A stretch of 64,000 nt of DNA from Octopus vulgaris. Lineage: Eukaryota. Shown here in pieces: positions 28,355-42,668 of this stretch (the first letter of the stretch is position 1; each line of letters starts with the position of its first letter). The stretch lies in assembly GCA_951406725.2 (NCBI GenBank), contig OX597817.1, positions 102,362,001-102,426,000 of the forward strand, read 5' to 3'. Both the position numbers and the translations under genes were made by a program. The notes beneath the pieces were generated by a model, which saw only the letters and a list, made by a program, of their open reading frames with translations, had not been told where the DNA came from and ran no database searches.

Positions 28355-28657
28355 ACAGGGTTTCCAATGAATAGCGTGAGAAATATCTGATGAGCAAAAA
28401 ATATTCATTGATGCAGAATGTTTAGCAAACATTTTGTTCAACAATATAATTCACTCATTTCGCGTTCGTTATGTCTCCCTCTCTTCCTCCATCACTTTTT
28501 TTTCTCAATAATGAATAAATATTGTTGTGTTTGCACTGTACAGAAATCAGAAAGGCATCGGAATAATAAGCTGTTGCATTTCTTTTTTTCTACTGTATTT
28601 TACTCACTACACAAAGACACGTAATTTTACAACGTGTTCAGTAAAAAGAAAACGGTA

Positions 28658-28706
<49 letters not shown>

Positions 28707-28723
28707 GTGTATGTGTGTCTGTG

Positions 28724-28768
<45 letters not shown>

Positions 28769-28769
28769 C

Positions 28770-28945
28770 AAATTTATAGAAAAACAAAGACGAAGACAGG
28801 TGTAGGAAAAACAAGCAACTGTATCAGTTTGACGCTCGGGAAAAATGGAAAAGTCTTTTACATTTCCAGCCTACGCTCTTCGACAGAAAGGAATAAGAGA
28901 AAATAGAGAATGAAAAAACGTGTTGAGTATAGTGGTCCAACATGG
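28770..28945 (-). mobile_element. Penelope-like tail with a degenerate hammerhead
   Basis: Similar to 59630-59840. The reverse complement reads CTGTCGAAGAGCGTAGGCTGGAAATGTA. Confidence 0.5.
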
Positions 28946-28948
28946 CGA

Positions 28949-29080
<132 letters not shown>

Positions 29081-29114
29081 ATTATATACACTTTTGTGTG
29101 TGTTGATATATAAT

Positions 29115-29327
29115 CTTCTTTTACTCTTTTATTTGTTTCAGTCATTTGACTGCGGCCATACTGGAGCACCGTATTTAATCGAGCAAATCGACCCCAGGAC
29201 TTATTTTTTGTAAGCCTAGTTCTTATTCTATCGGTCTCTTTTGCCGAACAGCTAAGTTACGTGGGTGTAAGCACACCAGCATTGGTTGTCAAGCGATGTT
29301 GGGGGTGGAGAAATAAGCACAGGCACA

Positions 29328-29392
<65 letters not shown>

Positions 29393-29554
29393 GACGTGCT
29401 TCTTTCAGTTTCCGTCTACCAAATCCACTCACAAGGCTTTGGTCGGCCCGAGGATATAGGAGAAGAAACTTGCCCAAGATGCCACGCAGTGGGACTGAAC
29501 CTAGAACCATGTGGTTGGTAAGCAAGCTACTTACCACGTAGCCACTCCTGCGCC
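29115..29554 (-). mobile_element. CORE-type tRNA SINE, full length
   Basis: Head GGCGCAGGAGTGGCT at 29554 and CORE-like TGGCATCTTGGGCAAGT. Confidence 0.9.
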
Positions 29555-29692
29555 TAGCTTGCTTACCAACCACATGGTTCCGGGTTCAGTCCCACCGCCA
29601 AAGCACCTTCAGTAAGTGTCTTCTACTATAGCCTCGGGCCGACCAAAGCCTTGTGAGTGGATTTGGTAGACGGAAACTGAAAGAAGCCTGTC

Positions 29693-29766
<74 letters not shown>

Positions 29767-29968
29767 TTGTATGTCTGTGTTTGTTCCCCACCATCGCTTG
29801 ACAATGGATGTTGGTGTGTTTACACTTCCGTAACTTAGCGGCTCGGCAAAAAGAGACCGTTAGAATAAGTGCTTGGCTGACAAAGAATAAGCCCTGGGCT
29901 CGATTTGTTCGACTAAAGGCGGTGCTCCAGCATGGCTACAGTCAAATGACTGAAACAAATAAAAGAAT
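29555..29968 (+). mobile_element. CORE-type SINE lacking its first ~25 nt, head-to-head with the previous copy
   Basis: Starts TAGCTTGCTTACCAACCAC immediately after the neighbouring head. Confidence 0.9.
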
Positions 29969-29979
29969 GAATATATATA

Positions 29980-31220
29980 AAGGGGTTGGACAAAATAATG
30001 GAAACACCTTAAAATTTTTAACAAATTTATTATAATATGGGGTAGGACCGCCTTTGCCAGAAATTATAGCTTGAATTCCACGAGGTATGGACTCGTACAA
30101 AGTTTGAAGTGTTTCCAAAGGAATTTTTGTCCATTCTTCAGCTAAAACAGTCTCCAGTTCTTGTGATGATTGTGAAGGATATCGACTCCTTTCTTGTTTT
30201 CCTAAAATGCACTATAAATGATAAGTGTTCAATGAGATCTGAGGACTGTGGTGGCCAGATAAGATGTTCAACTTCACTAGCTCTGTGAATTGAGGCATTA
30301 TCATCCTGAAAGATTGCATTTCTCTCTAGATACAGTTCCACAACTATAGGATAAATTTGATCAGATAAAATGTTTAGTCTTCACTATTAATTCTGCCATG
30401 AAGGGGAACCATTGGACCATCGGATTTCCAAGATATAACCCCCCACCTCCAAGATCATCACAGATCCTCCTCCATGTTTAACAGTTGGAAGAAGGCAGTC
30501 TGGGCCAAATGCTTCTTTTAGCTGTCTCCACACGTATTCTCGGCCGCTAGTCGGAAATAAGGTAAAGGATGACTCGTCCGAGAAAATAACATTCTTCCAC
30601 TGCTCTAGGGACCAATTCTGTAGGTTTTTACTCCACTCTCAACACGTTGCAATGTTTGTTTTTGAAAGTAGTAGTTTTCTGGTTGCAGCCCTCCCGTAAA
30701 ATCCGGCTTTGTGCAGTTCCCGGCGAACAGTTTTTATGGAAAGTGGGTTCTCGGGGTGGTTATTAAGCTCTGCAGTAATTTGGGGAGCTGTACTTTGGTG
30801 ATCCTTTCTAACAATTCGCGTAAGAGTTCGACGGTCCCTATCTGCAACTTTTGGTTTTCTTCCGGAGTTTTGTTTCGACGTGGAGAATTTTTCCTCTTTC
30901 TCAAATGCTGTCATTACTTTCGAGACACTACTGCTTGATACACCAAGCATTCCGGCTGCTTTCGTTACGCTAGCACCTGCCATACGAGTACCAATAACTT
31001 GACCTCTTTAAAAGTCCAATAAATCTGTCATTTTAATGAATTTTAATTACCTTTTTTTTGATGATATCTGAAAAGAAACAGCAATTTTAACAAAACATAT
31101 TAAACAACACTAATAATAAATCAAAAAGCATAAAAATAAATAAGCTTTTGGCGGTTTTATAGATATTTCAAAATTATGATGTTATGATGCTAGGTGTTTC
31201 CATTATTTTGTCCAACCCTG
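29980..31220 (-). mobile_element. Tc1-like transposon with a decayed transposase
   Basis: TIRs GGGTTGGACAAAATAATGGAAACACCT at both ends with TA flanks. Motifs GRKPKVADRDRRTL, FQDDNASIH and WPPQSSDL. Confidence 0.92.
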
Positions 31221-31494
31221 TATATATATACACATGTATGTTAGCTTCTTTCGTTGTGAACGACAAATGAGGTTTCAGTAGAATAAAGCAGTAATCGTGT
31301 TCTGTAGACACGAATGTGTCTCTTGCAAACCTTTTTGCAAACGGAACATGTTGAGGACTCACTTTTCTCTAATGTTTGTGGATCATTTACTATGTGTTTT
31401 TTCTCTTTTTTCTTTTCTTTTTTTTTCTTTTTGAATGGGCGGCAAGGCCCGCTTTGGTACGTACCGCAGAACCATAATGACAGGTAAGGTTTTA

Positions 31495-31540
<46 letters not shown>

Positions 31541-31647
31541 TTATATATATATATAGATAATTAATATCAAAGGGTAATCGGAAATATTAGAAATTTCCAT
31601 TACAGTGGCCTAGCGTGTAAAAATTTAGTCAATAGACTATATTATTC

Positions 31648-31920
31648 ATATAAATACAGTTACGTTTAAACACATAAGAGGCCTCCATCATAGGACTCCT
31701 TGCACGCTAGAGAGAACAGCTAAATTCCAAACCACTATTAGGGATAAAATTTCGAATGGAATGAAAAATACGAAGGAGTTAGAAGGTAAATATTTTTATT
31801 TTTCATTTCTTTCGAAATTTTATCCCTAATAGTGGGTTGGAATTTAACTGTTCTCTCTAGCGTGCAAGAAGTCCTATGATGGATGCTTCTTATGTGTTTA
31901 AATGTACACTGTATTTATAT
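31648..31920. repeat. Long fold-back inverted repeat (about 123-bp arms, 26-bp loop)
   Basis: 31648-31770 is the reverse complement of 31797-31920, with some mismatches. Adjacent to (TA)n. Confidence 0.9.
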
Positions 31921-31960
31921 ACATTTAGATAGGTAGATAGATTTACTCAGTCGGCCCATA

Positions 31961-31998
<38 letters not shown>

Positions 31999-32716
31999 TA
32001 TATATTCATATTTATATTTATATTTACATTTACATCTATATTCATATTTTAGACGGAATGATTTTCTATTGCAAGTAAACTTTGCCATCGAAAGAATTAT
32101 TGAGCATGTTACAGCAATCCAGTCTCAGTTACCGATTTCTGCTTTACTTATACCAACAGTGTTGCCTATTTAGAGATAGGAGTTTTCTATTGACAGTTTG
32201 GTTACATATATCGGGGACACGCACACACACTCACAGACACAGCGCCAATGATAGAATACGAAGTGACGATCCTTTCACCAGGTTGTTTGTATCTCATACA
32301 CTCAACAATCTGAGATGTCATTCAACAATTGAAAGGTTCTGTAAATGTTCCCTCTAGCAGGTTCCAACAGTCGTAACACCAATTTCTACAACATTACATT
32401 CTTTTTATTCACTACATCAAAGGACAATACAACAGATCTGTTATGTCTGCACTTCGTAGATATTTTTATTAGAATACTCCACTAGTATTATTTATTTTTA
32501 AAGGAGTAAGTACATTCAGTATCTACAATGCCTATAGCTTTTCTAAATAGACAATACCTTACTACAGATGGTATTATGTTGTTTTAGTTATATTATATTT
32601 ATAAGTAAGGGTAATATTTGCTGATATATTCTCGTAGTTGGAAATAAAAAGAAGCATGCTTTTGTACACTTTTCAGGTGCAATATTCACTCACCCTACAT
32701 TACTATTTACACGCAC

Positions 32717-32806
<90 letters not shown>

Positions 32807-32921
32807 TTTCAATTAAGAAGCAAAGTTTTTTTAAAATACATTTCACTGTTCAAAAGAGTTGTACAAATGCTAAATTTCTGAAAAATCTTACTCTTTTCCA
32901 TATATCTTATTATTATTGTTA

Positions 32922-32977
<56 letters not shown>

Positions 32978-33261
32978 GCTTAATCATTGTATATGAGCTT
33001 TAAATTAGCTTACAGAATATAGTATTTCTTTATCAACATTTTCCCATCCTACGATAAAATATTAATTTTTCATAAGCAACATTCCTTCTAATTACTACAC
33101 TCTTCTGTTATCTATTCTTGCATTATTTATATCTTGTTTCGTAGATATGTATGTATATATGCATGCATGCATGCATGCATGTATGTATGTATGTATGTAT
33201 GTATGTATGTATGTATGTATGTATGTATGTATGTATGTATGTATGTATGTATGTATATATA

Positions 33262-33297
<36 letters not shown>

Positions 33298-33309
33298 TGT
33301 ATAAGTGCA

Positions 33310-33895
33310 GATTTGTATGTTTTGCATTTTTTATGTATTCTCATGCTTATAGTTGCATATCTAGACATGCTCATACATATTCAAATGATGAACTTCTGAA
33401 AAGTTTTATAGATTTTTACAGTTCCAGTGAAGGTTTGGATCAGTAGTCTTCGTATTAGCTTTCTCCTTTCTGGTTTTGAGAAGCCTAATTTCTCAAGATT
33501 GGTATTTAGGCAGTGTTACATTCTCGGGGCCTCAATAATTGTAGGTATAAACCTGAACTTGTAATCTGGATACAGTAACTATAGATTTCTCAATAGTTCT
33601 CTTTTTCACTGATCTTCTGCTTTGTGTTAACATCCACTAGGCAGCTAATTTCTCTTCTCTATCCCAAATCATTATATCAGGTCTGTTGTGCTTACATTTT
33701 ATTGAGGTCTTCACTGAGACATTGCACTAGATCCCTTTTTATTATGAGTGGCTATGGTTTCGACCATGTTGTTGGTTCTTATTTCTTTGTCCTTGGGGTT
33801 ATCCTGTTGCAGTGGAGTCGGACGACTTTTTTGAGCATGTATTCTAGGTTGTCAGAAAAAGAATGTTGCTCAAGGAGCTGCCTTCCAAGTCTTAT
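33310..33895 (-). mobile_element. RLE-type LINE 3' end (restriction-like endonuclease) within (TACA)n
   Basis: Reverse-complement motifs HNRPDI..WDREEK-like, YPDYKFRFIPTII and TGTVKIYKTF. (TATG)n on both sides. Confidence 0.7.
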
Positions 33896-34339
33896 CATGT
33901 ATGTATGTATGTATGTATGTATGTATGTATGTATGTATGTATGTATGTATGTATGTATGTATGTATGTATGCATGTATGTATGCATGCATGCATGCATAT
34001 ATGTATATATGTGGCTTCAACATGACATCACAAGGCGAATGAAAGTTTATGCGTAGCGTGCATGTGTACTGACGTCGCTGAGTGAAGCATATGTATAAGT
34101 AAATCAAATCTGCTGATAGTAGACTCAGCAACATTAGTAACATGATTAAGTGTATTCTATTCTGTAATTGTATGTATGCGGGTGTGTCTGTGTGTATATA
34201 CACATATACATAGTGAGAGACTAATTGACAGATAGACAGACAGACAAACAAACAGATATATAGACAGACAAGCAGACAGACAGACAGAGGAAGGCCATCT
34301 TAGACTACTGTAAAAAATCATACTATCGACATTGGCTCT

Positions 34340-35100
34340 TCAAGTTCGTTATACATTCATTTGTCTTTTGGCAAACCTTACAAACAAAGCCTTATCTGCC
34401 CATCAGTAGGCACAAGTATGTTCCGATGTATACCTCTGTGTCTATTTTCGCCACTGATAGATTTACAAACCTCCCAACATAACTTACAAGTTACGCAACA
34501 TGTTCCTCATAAACATATTGGAGTTAGTTTTTTCTTTCTGTCTTTTCTTTTTTTTTTGCATGAAGTGATGTTTGCATTGGTGACTTGCGATCCTAGACAT
34601 GAAAAGACGTACTCAGTTACAAATGTCACTGACCAAAACTTAACTTCCCATTTCACAAATCGTGTTTTTCGTGCTTTTTCAACAATATTCGACCATCCAT
34701 TGTTCATTTTCTCCATCGTGTTTTTCGTGCTTTTTCAACAATATTCGACCATCCATTGTTCATTGGTGACGATCAAAAGCATTTCTTTTCTAGTGGACTT
34801 TACTTCTTTCACAAGCTTTCCAGAAGGAATGTACACAATCTTTACACCGCAAGCTTGGTTCGTGCTAAGGGTGCCTCCTTCATACAAGCTCATCATACAG
34901 GTCTGTCTCGAGATTCTTTGATCATTCATTTGTATAAGTTATCTGACCAGACGTAAGTAGTGTTTGTGTATCATTGCCTTGGTGTTGGAGAGTTTACAAT
35001 CATATGATATGCAAAGGATGTCTTTCTCAGAAATACGACATAATCTACATATTCGGTTGCGATTTGGAGCTTCAAGAGCTTCAATGGGAAGCAATCTTAT
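34340..35100 (-). mobile_element. Decayed RLE LINE fragments
   Basis: CRLCRISEKDI..I..C zinc-knuckle-like motif at about 35000-35060. A ~50-bp direct duplication lies at 34660-34764. Confidence 0.45.
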
Positions 35101-35447
35101 TTTACATGCACACACACACACTTATACATATCATTTGTTTCCCGTTTGAAAAGTCTAACTGAATTACTCCCAAGAAACGATATTGATAGCATAGGCACTG
35201 AGTTTACATAACAATCCAGTCGTGACTAATTAGACGAGAGTGAGTAATTGAGAGTGGTCATGTCAAATTAGTAAAACACTAGCAGTCAGTCTAGTGAAAT
35301 TACATTTGATGAGCAGGAATTTAGACGGCCGTCTGTTTCTTAGTGAACAGTGTAAAAATTTAGAATTTCTTTGTTAACTTTCCAAACAGCGAATTGTTTA
35401 AAAATGAAAGGTGTGGAGAAGTAAAGAATGGGAGAAAAAAATAGAAT

Positions 35448-35497
<50 letters not shown>

Positions 35498-35589
35498 GAG
35501 AGAGAGAGGGAGAGAGAGAGAAAGAGAGAGAGAGATAGAGAGAGAGAGAGAAGGGGTTGAGGAGAAGAAGAAGAAGAAGGGGAGGAAAA

Positions 35590-35602
35590 GAAGATGATGA
35601 TA

Positions 35603-35672
<70 letters not shown>

Positions 35673-35708
35673 CGATGAAGATGGTGAGGATGATGATGGT
35701 GGTGGTGG

Positions 35709-35739
<31 letters not shown>

Positions 35740-35742
35740 AAT
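35590..35742. repeat. (GAT)n microsatellite
   Basis: Read directly from the sequence. Confidence 0.95.
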
Positions 35743-36304
35743 ATTCGAAAGAAAACCTAAATCAGCTTCCAATCCGCAGAGATTCATTGAGAAGGATCTG
35801 ACTTCTGGTTTTAATTGTTTAAAATGGTAGAGAGATACATTTCTTCTGGGACTCGGTGCTAGTTCTTCGCACAAAGCTTTCACTGCAGAAAGAACTGATC
35901 CAGCAAAACTCTCCTCTGTTATACAATATTTTCTGTTATAGTACCTACTTAAAGCTGGGTGTACTCGGTTGCACAGAGCAGAGAACAACCACACGCAGGG
36001 CCGGCCTTAAGCCGATTGGACCAATTGCTTCCAATCGGGCCCCGCGCTCAAGAGGTTCTTATTCTATACTGCAGCATTTCATGAAGGTGGTCTCCCTAAA
36101 ATCTTTTAAAAACTCTACATGGTCTTTAAAATACACTGTATTGAAATTAAAAAATGCTTTTACATACAATTTTACCCACATACATGTGGGTAAAATTGTA
36201 TGTATATATGTGCACGTATGTTTTCTGTGTGTCAGTTTCTATAAATATGTTTAATTTTGGGGAAATATTTTAAAATTTCAATACAGTGTATTTTATATAG
36301 TCTT

Positions 36305-36436
36305 TTTTTTTTCACTTATTTCAGTCATTTTACTGTGGCCATGCTGGAGCACCGACTTTGGTCGAACAAATCAACCCCAGGACTTATTCTTTGTAAGCCT
36401 AGTGCTTATTTTATCGGCCTCTTTTGTCGAACCGCT
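36305..36436 (-). mobile_element. CORE-type SINE 3' fragment
   Basis: TTTCAGTCATTT..GGCCATGCTGGAGCACCG..GGACTTATTCTTTGTAAGCCTAGT. Confidence 0.75.
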
Positions 36437-36713
36437 ATCATCATCATCATTTTTCCATTTTTCCGTTTTCCATGCTGGCATAGGTTGGACGGTTGACAGG
36501 GACCTTCAAGCCCGGGGCTACGTCTAGCACTCGTCTGGTTTAGCATGGCTTTAACGGCTGGATGTCCTTCCTAACGCCACCACTTTACAGCGTGAACTGA
36601 GTGCTTTTACGTGGCACCGCACGGTAGCATAGTTTCAACGGCAAGATACCCTTCCTAACGCCACCACTTTACAGCGTGGACTGGATGCTTTTACGTGACA
36701 CCAACACGGTGCC
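36437..36713 (-). mobile_element. RTE-type LINE/SINE 3' end with (GAT)n tail and internal duplication
   Basis: GGCTGGATGTCCTTCCTAACGCC motif present twice, and (TCA)n at the left. Confidence 0.55.
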
Positions 36714-38164
36714 ATATATATATATATATATATATACGTATACACATACATATACATCATATACACACACATATATATATATATATATACATACACACAC
36801 ACAGGCGCATATTATACTCTTTTTTTAAATAAACTGAAAGGCAGCCCATCGTTATCGTGACTGTTTAGTATACTAGAAATAGCAGATATTAAACATGCAA
36901 AACAGCCACTATTCTAATCACCTAATATGCCGCAAAGGAGAAAAAAAGTCCTCTGCAGTATCTTAGGAGGCGAGATTAGTTGATAGCACCTGAAAACAAA
37001 ACGAAGAAAAAAAAAAGAAACTCCGAGGTGCTCGTTGACTAGGAACCTGGCGCCAATCAAAATTGTTCCCAATAGGGTCACGCACCTCCTATGGTCGGCC
37101 CTGACCACACGCAGTGCTTTCACAGCTAGTGAGTCAATACACTATTGATCAAACATTGTTTCCTCGGTGGCAATGGGGTTGAACAATGGACTAAGATTAT
37201 TACTTCCATCATATCATAAGTAACACATGAAATGATTTGAATCTATTACAATGGGATACAGAAACACAACAATAACTCAACCAACTAGTTACAGCTGTCG
37301 ATTCTATGACATTTACTTATAAACTGACTTTCAAAGAACTAACAAGCAAGCAAGGGACAATGTAACACGTTTACGAACTGTGTTGACTGAAGCAATGTGG
37401 AAGACCACAAAATAACGAAATGAATCCGATAACATACAGAACTAAACGACAATGCCCAAGTTCTAAACTGATTTAAATGCAACTTGGGTTGAACGTTTTA
37501 GAAGATGAATGATTGAAAACTAAGAGACTGAAATTAAATTGACAGCAAAAGACGTAGAAGACAACATGCACGATAGAAGCGTGGATTAGATTCGCAGAGG
37601 GAAATAATGAGAAAGTTTAATCAAGTGAAACTTGAATTTTTGCAAAGGCATTTTTGTTTTATCATAATCAAATGCACAAGGAAACACTAGAGTTCGATTT
37701 ACGAATCACGGAGCTAATAGTTGCAAAAAACTTCCAACAATCCAACCGGTCTGCAGCGACTATTTTTACTTGTAAAATAGTAATTTCTTATAATGTTACA
37801 ACAGAACATATTTTGAAAGAATATAGTCGTTGGCTGGAAACCCATTGTATTGCTGATTTCGTGACACAGGAAAATATACATACATACATACATACATACA
37901 TACATACATACATACATTCGTGCGCGTGCCAATAGAAATCCCAAAGTAGGGAATGGAGTAGTTGCCTGGATTTTATCTACTCCTTTCCCTGATTTTGGAT
38001 TACTATCCGCCCTGTAATCACAGGTCAGCACAGTGAAAACTGACCTGTGGCTAAGTAACCACTAAAACAGCAATGATAACTAAGATATCCGCTACAATCC
38101 ATCATAGCAGAGAGTGGAAGAATGACTCAGCATGTTGTCAATGTAGTCGGCTTCTTTACTACTA

Positions 38165-38229
<65 letters not shown>

Positions 38230-40249
38230 GTCATCCATCAAAGGCGGGAAAAAGAAAGAAAAATAGAGATGACCTCAATAAAGAGACAACAAAGATCAAC
38301 ACAATGAACGATGTTTCATTAAAAGTACGTCTATACATTTCATTTACTTTGTGTCTGTGCGTTGTTTTTAGAAGCCACTTTCTCACTGCTTCTCAAATTA
38401 ATCTTCCAGACTAATTATAAAAGCTTGAGAACATAAGTCAAGATATATGTAAATAAATAAATAAACTTGGTAGGCGGCGAATTGGCAGAATCGAGGATAG
38501 TTCAACGATAAAAAAAAAGAAAAAAAGTTCTGGGGTATGTGTTTTTGGCCATTTATGTTCATACTTCAAATCCGAGTCAAATTTGCTTTCCATCATTCCA
38601 GGTTCGATAACATGGAAATACCAAGTCAAATAGTGTAAATTTGTACAATGTATCTCAGTATGTCACAATATAGGTTCCAATAAACCCCAGATTTCGGTGA
38701 AAACATTTTAAAATTTGACTTTGTGCTTCTTTATTAAAGCGACGTTAATGTAAATCCCAGTCAATCATCTACATACTTTTCCTATACATTTGTATACTTG
38801 CATCGAAGTTAGAAGGCAATGTTATTCTAAGCAACGGCAGAGCCAGTATTTTGCACCAGTCCGAGGCAAGACCCGACAAGAAAACTACAAGGACGGGTAA
38901 AATTTCTATAAGTAATAGTATGAGTTTTTGTAATTTCATTATTTTAATGTATCAACTAGAAAGTCACTATCAGTTTCATTGTATATAAATTGCAATAAAT
39001 AAAAGGAATGAAACATGAAAACCAGCAACATCTATTGAAGTAATAAATACAACCTACACTATTGTAATTCTACAGTTTTAGTGCTTTGCTGCGAAATAAA
39101 GGATGGATTCTTTTAAGTAATTTAAGTAAATAGTATTTCAATGTTAATTGGCCTAAATTTTCCAGTGAATTGTCTGCCAATGAATTCCATAAGTAAGTCT
39201 TTGTTCATCTGCACCTTGAGATAAACCTACGTTACAGTTCACAAAGTTTACAGGTAAGTGTTACAGTGGTATGAAACTGTTTGAAGAGTCCACAGAAAGC
39301 AACCTTGTAGGTATACAAAACCCTAAATCACCCAGTCGAAGTGTGTGACTTCTACTCAGCTGATGCTTCGTACCTTAATGCTTTTTCTTCAGGTCGTCCA
39401 GGTTCATTCGATAGGTCTGCCGTGAATTTGAAATCATCAAAGTTGAGAGAATGCTCACTTTTGGCATTAATATATAAGCGGTTCTTGCTGAAAAGTGGCG
39501 TCTTACTTCCGATCCAAAGTAAGAATGAAAGCGAAAATAGGCGAAAGGCCCTCCACTACTTCTTGCTTGGCCTCCAACAACCTCACGGATCATTGACTTC
39601 TCCAAATATAACAATTTTCCTCGCCGTTTCGGTTTCACCTAAAACATGTTCGGTGGCATGTCGTTTGAGCGTTTGCCACATACCTTCGACGTCCAACTCG
39701 TCTTACTTTATCTCAAGATTCTCAGTTTAACTGAGATATAAATGTTCTTCTTACATTCATCATCAGAGAAGAAGATTATGGCATCTTTACCAGAAGCTTG
39801 ATTCATAGCAAGACTTGTGCAAAGAGGACGAAAAGATCAGCAGGCAAAAATGACAGAAGGAGACTTGCACTTTCATTTACTTTCTCTTGTTGTCCTCACT
39901 GAAATGCAACAGTGTCAAAAGTAAATGGAAACATACAACGCACAGTGTAATACGATGTATAGTAGACAAACTTTTCCGCTGCACTGGTTGTCTACCTTTT
40001 CCTTCTACTAACTGCTTAGAGTACTAATGCACTACGGACTGAACTATGAACCTGCAGAAGTGGTGCAGTATGTCGATAAATCCTCCAGCGCCCTTTACAT
40101 ACTTTTACGCAGTTAATGACTCCCAGGCCGAGTTGGTAGCCATCGCAGTGGACAAACACTGCATGTGGGACAATGGCATCCGGCACAAGCGAGTTTTCGC
40201 TCGTCACCAAGGTACGTACCTTCATATCATTGTGTGAAATGTAACTGGA

Positions 40250-41236
40250 CATTAATTCCAACTGAATTCTACCCCAATAGTTAAAAAAAAGTGGGCAAAC
40301 CCCCCCTCGGTTATATTTGTCGGTTATCCTTTCGTTTTTCCCCCTTTTACTTGTTTCAGTCATTACACTGTGGCATGCTGGGTTAGGGTTGAAACATTTT
40401 TAGTTGAACGTATCGACACCAGAATTTTTTTTCTTCTTTACTTGTTGCGATTATTAAACTGCGGCCATGCTGGAGCACCACCTTCACAAATTTTTAGACG
40501 ACTTTAGGTGACTTTCAGCCAGCGCATGAAGTTAAGCCTAGAAGGTCTCTCCACATGCTAGAAATAACAGCCAAATTTCTTGAATTTATTTTTACAATTT
40601 CTCCTAAACAAAAACAAAGCGAGTCTGTAAAAAAACAATTATTTTCTAAAATTCCTATTTTTAAGTAAACAAAAATATATTCAATCGAAAATAAATATGT
40701 AACACAAGACTCTTTTCTACTCAATGTACATTTTGTCTGAATCCTAACAATCCTTTAAGAAATGTATAGAAAGACAGAAACGATAAGCAGTACGTTTGAA
40801 CGACTAGCTTTCGGCGCCATAATTCTGTTAGGCCTTCAACGGCCAGAGAAAGTTCAATAGGTCAGCTCATTCTCATTAATCTCTAAGTGCAGACAAAACA
40901 AAACAAAAGACTTCAAATTTTAAAATGCTGATTTTTCTGCGACTGTTCTTCAAAGTGGTGCCCTAGCATGACCGCAGTCTAATGACTGAAACAAGTATGA
41001 AAATAAAGAAATTCCGGAGTCGATACAGTCGACTAAAAATTCCTCAAGGCGGGGCAACCAGCATGGCTGCAGTCCAATGACTGAAAAAAGTAAAAAACTT
41101 TTTAGAAAAAAAACACCCAAAAAAACGAAAAGTAACCAAAAAATATAACCGAGTGGGTTTTGTCTGCTTTCGCACTTTAACTAAGGAGGTTTTGTCCTAG
41201 GTGGGATTTGTCCTAGGGGACTTTGTCCGGATCCCG
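40250..41236. mobile_element. Putative MITE with inverted ends enclosing oppositely oriented SINE tails
   Basis: CTCGGTTATATTT (~40305) versus AAATATAACCGAG (~41141). Repeated TTTGTCC subterminal motifs at 41160-41230. Confidence 0.5.
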
Positions 41237-42591
41237 AATTCTGCAGTGGCAGTATTTACTGCAGAAGAGATTTAGCATAAACTTCAGAAGCTACTGGATA
41301 CCCAATAGACTCTTCGGTTAACATTATCAAAAACGTATTGCAGAACGAGCGAAAAACGTTCAGTTTTTGAAATGTCCTTTGTTTAATCTCGAAGTAATGA
41401 AAAACAGCCAGACTTAGACACGTTTGGTGCTAGTCTTTTATTATTGATGCCATTATAGAAATCCTAAGAATAACGTAATGTAAGTATTTAACATTTCGGA
41501 GACTCTTCATTATCTACTTTCTAATGATAGAAGTCGAATGCCGATATCAAGTCCATTATATTTCTCACACTGTCTTTTTTTTCTTGACCATAATGTTAAT
41601 GTCCTCTCTGAGAAATCCCATTGTAGCGAACTTACTTCACATAACATGTAATGATCAGGCATAGAAAAGATGTATTATGTATTACCTTCTCAAATTTATT
41701 GGCAGACTTCGTATAGGAGCTCTTGTGGTGAGGAACCGTTAGATATCTGCTGTTTTTGCTGTTCTGTCGTTGCAAGACATTCCTCTCATGCACAAACAAA
41801 TATCATAGACCTGCTCACGAATTTGATCTCTGACAAAGAGTAAGAGAGGAATTAAGTATCTAGCAGTCTTTGAAAAACAAAAAACAAAAAGAAAAAGAAG
41901 AGAAAAGAAGAAGAAAGAACAACATACAGCTAAATTATAACCTAGTCAGGGAGTAGTATTTCAGTTTCCAATATACTGTCGGTAGTAGATGAAAACTAGA
42001 TTCAAGCTATCATCTGTGGAATATACAAATAGGTTCAATATGACTTTCCCGTCAGAGATGACCTTGAGAACAACAACAACAACACCACCACCACCAACAA
42101 CAACAACAGCAGCAACAACAGCAACAACAACTAAGCAACAACAATATTTGTTATTTATACTCCTTTTGCTTCCTTGGTTTGGGCTATCTAGTATCATCCG
42201 CAGTTACTTTCAATAGGTATAAATGTTTTGTTCTTTTTTTTTGCTTTCTTGCATACAGTCAATACGTTTATATTTACAATTATTTAATATTATCTGTTAT
42301 GGATATTTAATAATAAGGACAATTATAGCAATGCTTCATTCCCTAACGGAAGCGGGCAAATAACAACATAACCGAGCAAAGTCGAGATCTTTAGCGAAAC
42401 AATTTGTGTATGAATGTACCTGAAGTGACCCAAACTGAAAAGTTGATGCAACGCATAAGGGACAGTTGCAAGATGGGTTGAAACGATCATCGTACAAAAT
42501 AAAGAACAATACCAAATTCATCTTGTTTCGTTAATTGTTGTTCCACGTCCTCGCGTTGTTGTGTTTTTTTTCTACTTTCTTGTTTGGATTA

Positions 42592-42668
<77 letters not shown>

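Noticed and set aside
29480-29554. tRNA genes (also at ~49440-49520 and other SINE heads)
   Set aside because: A and B boxes are present, but they run into SINE bodies and do not give a complete cloverleaf.
39341-39730. 129-aa ORF as a host gene or Tc1/mariner DDD domain
   Set aside because: No recognisable domain. The minus-strand similarity is weak and ambiguous, and looks more like a LINE linker.
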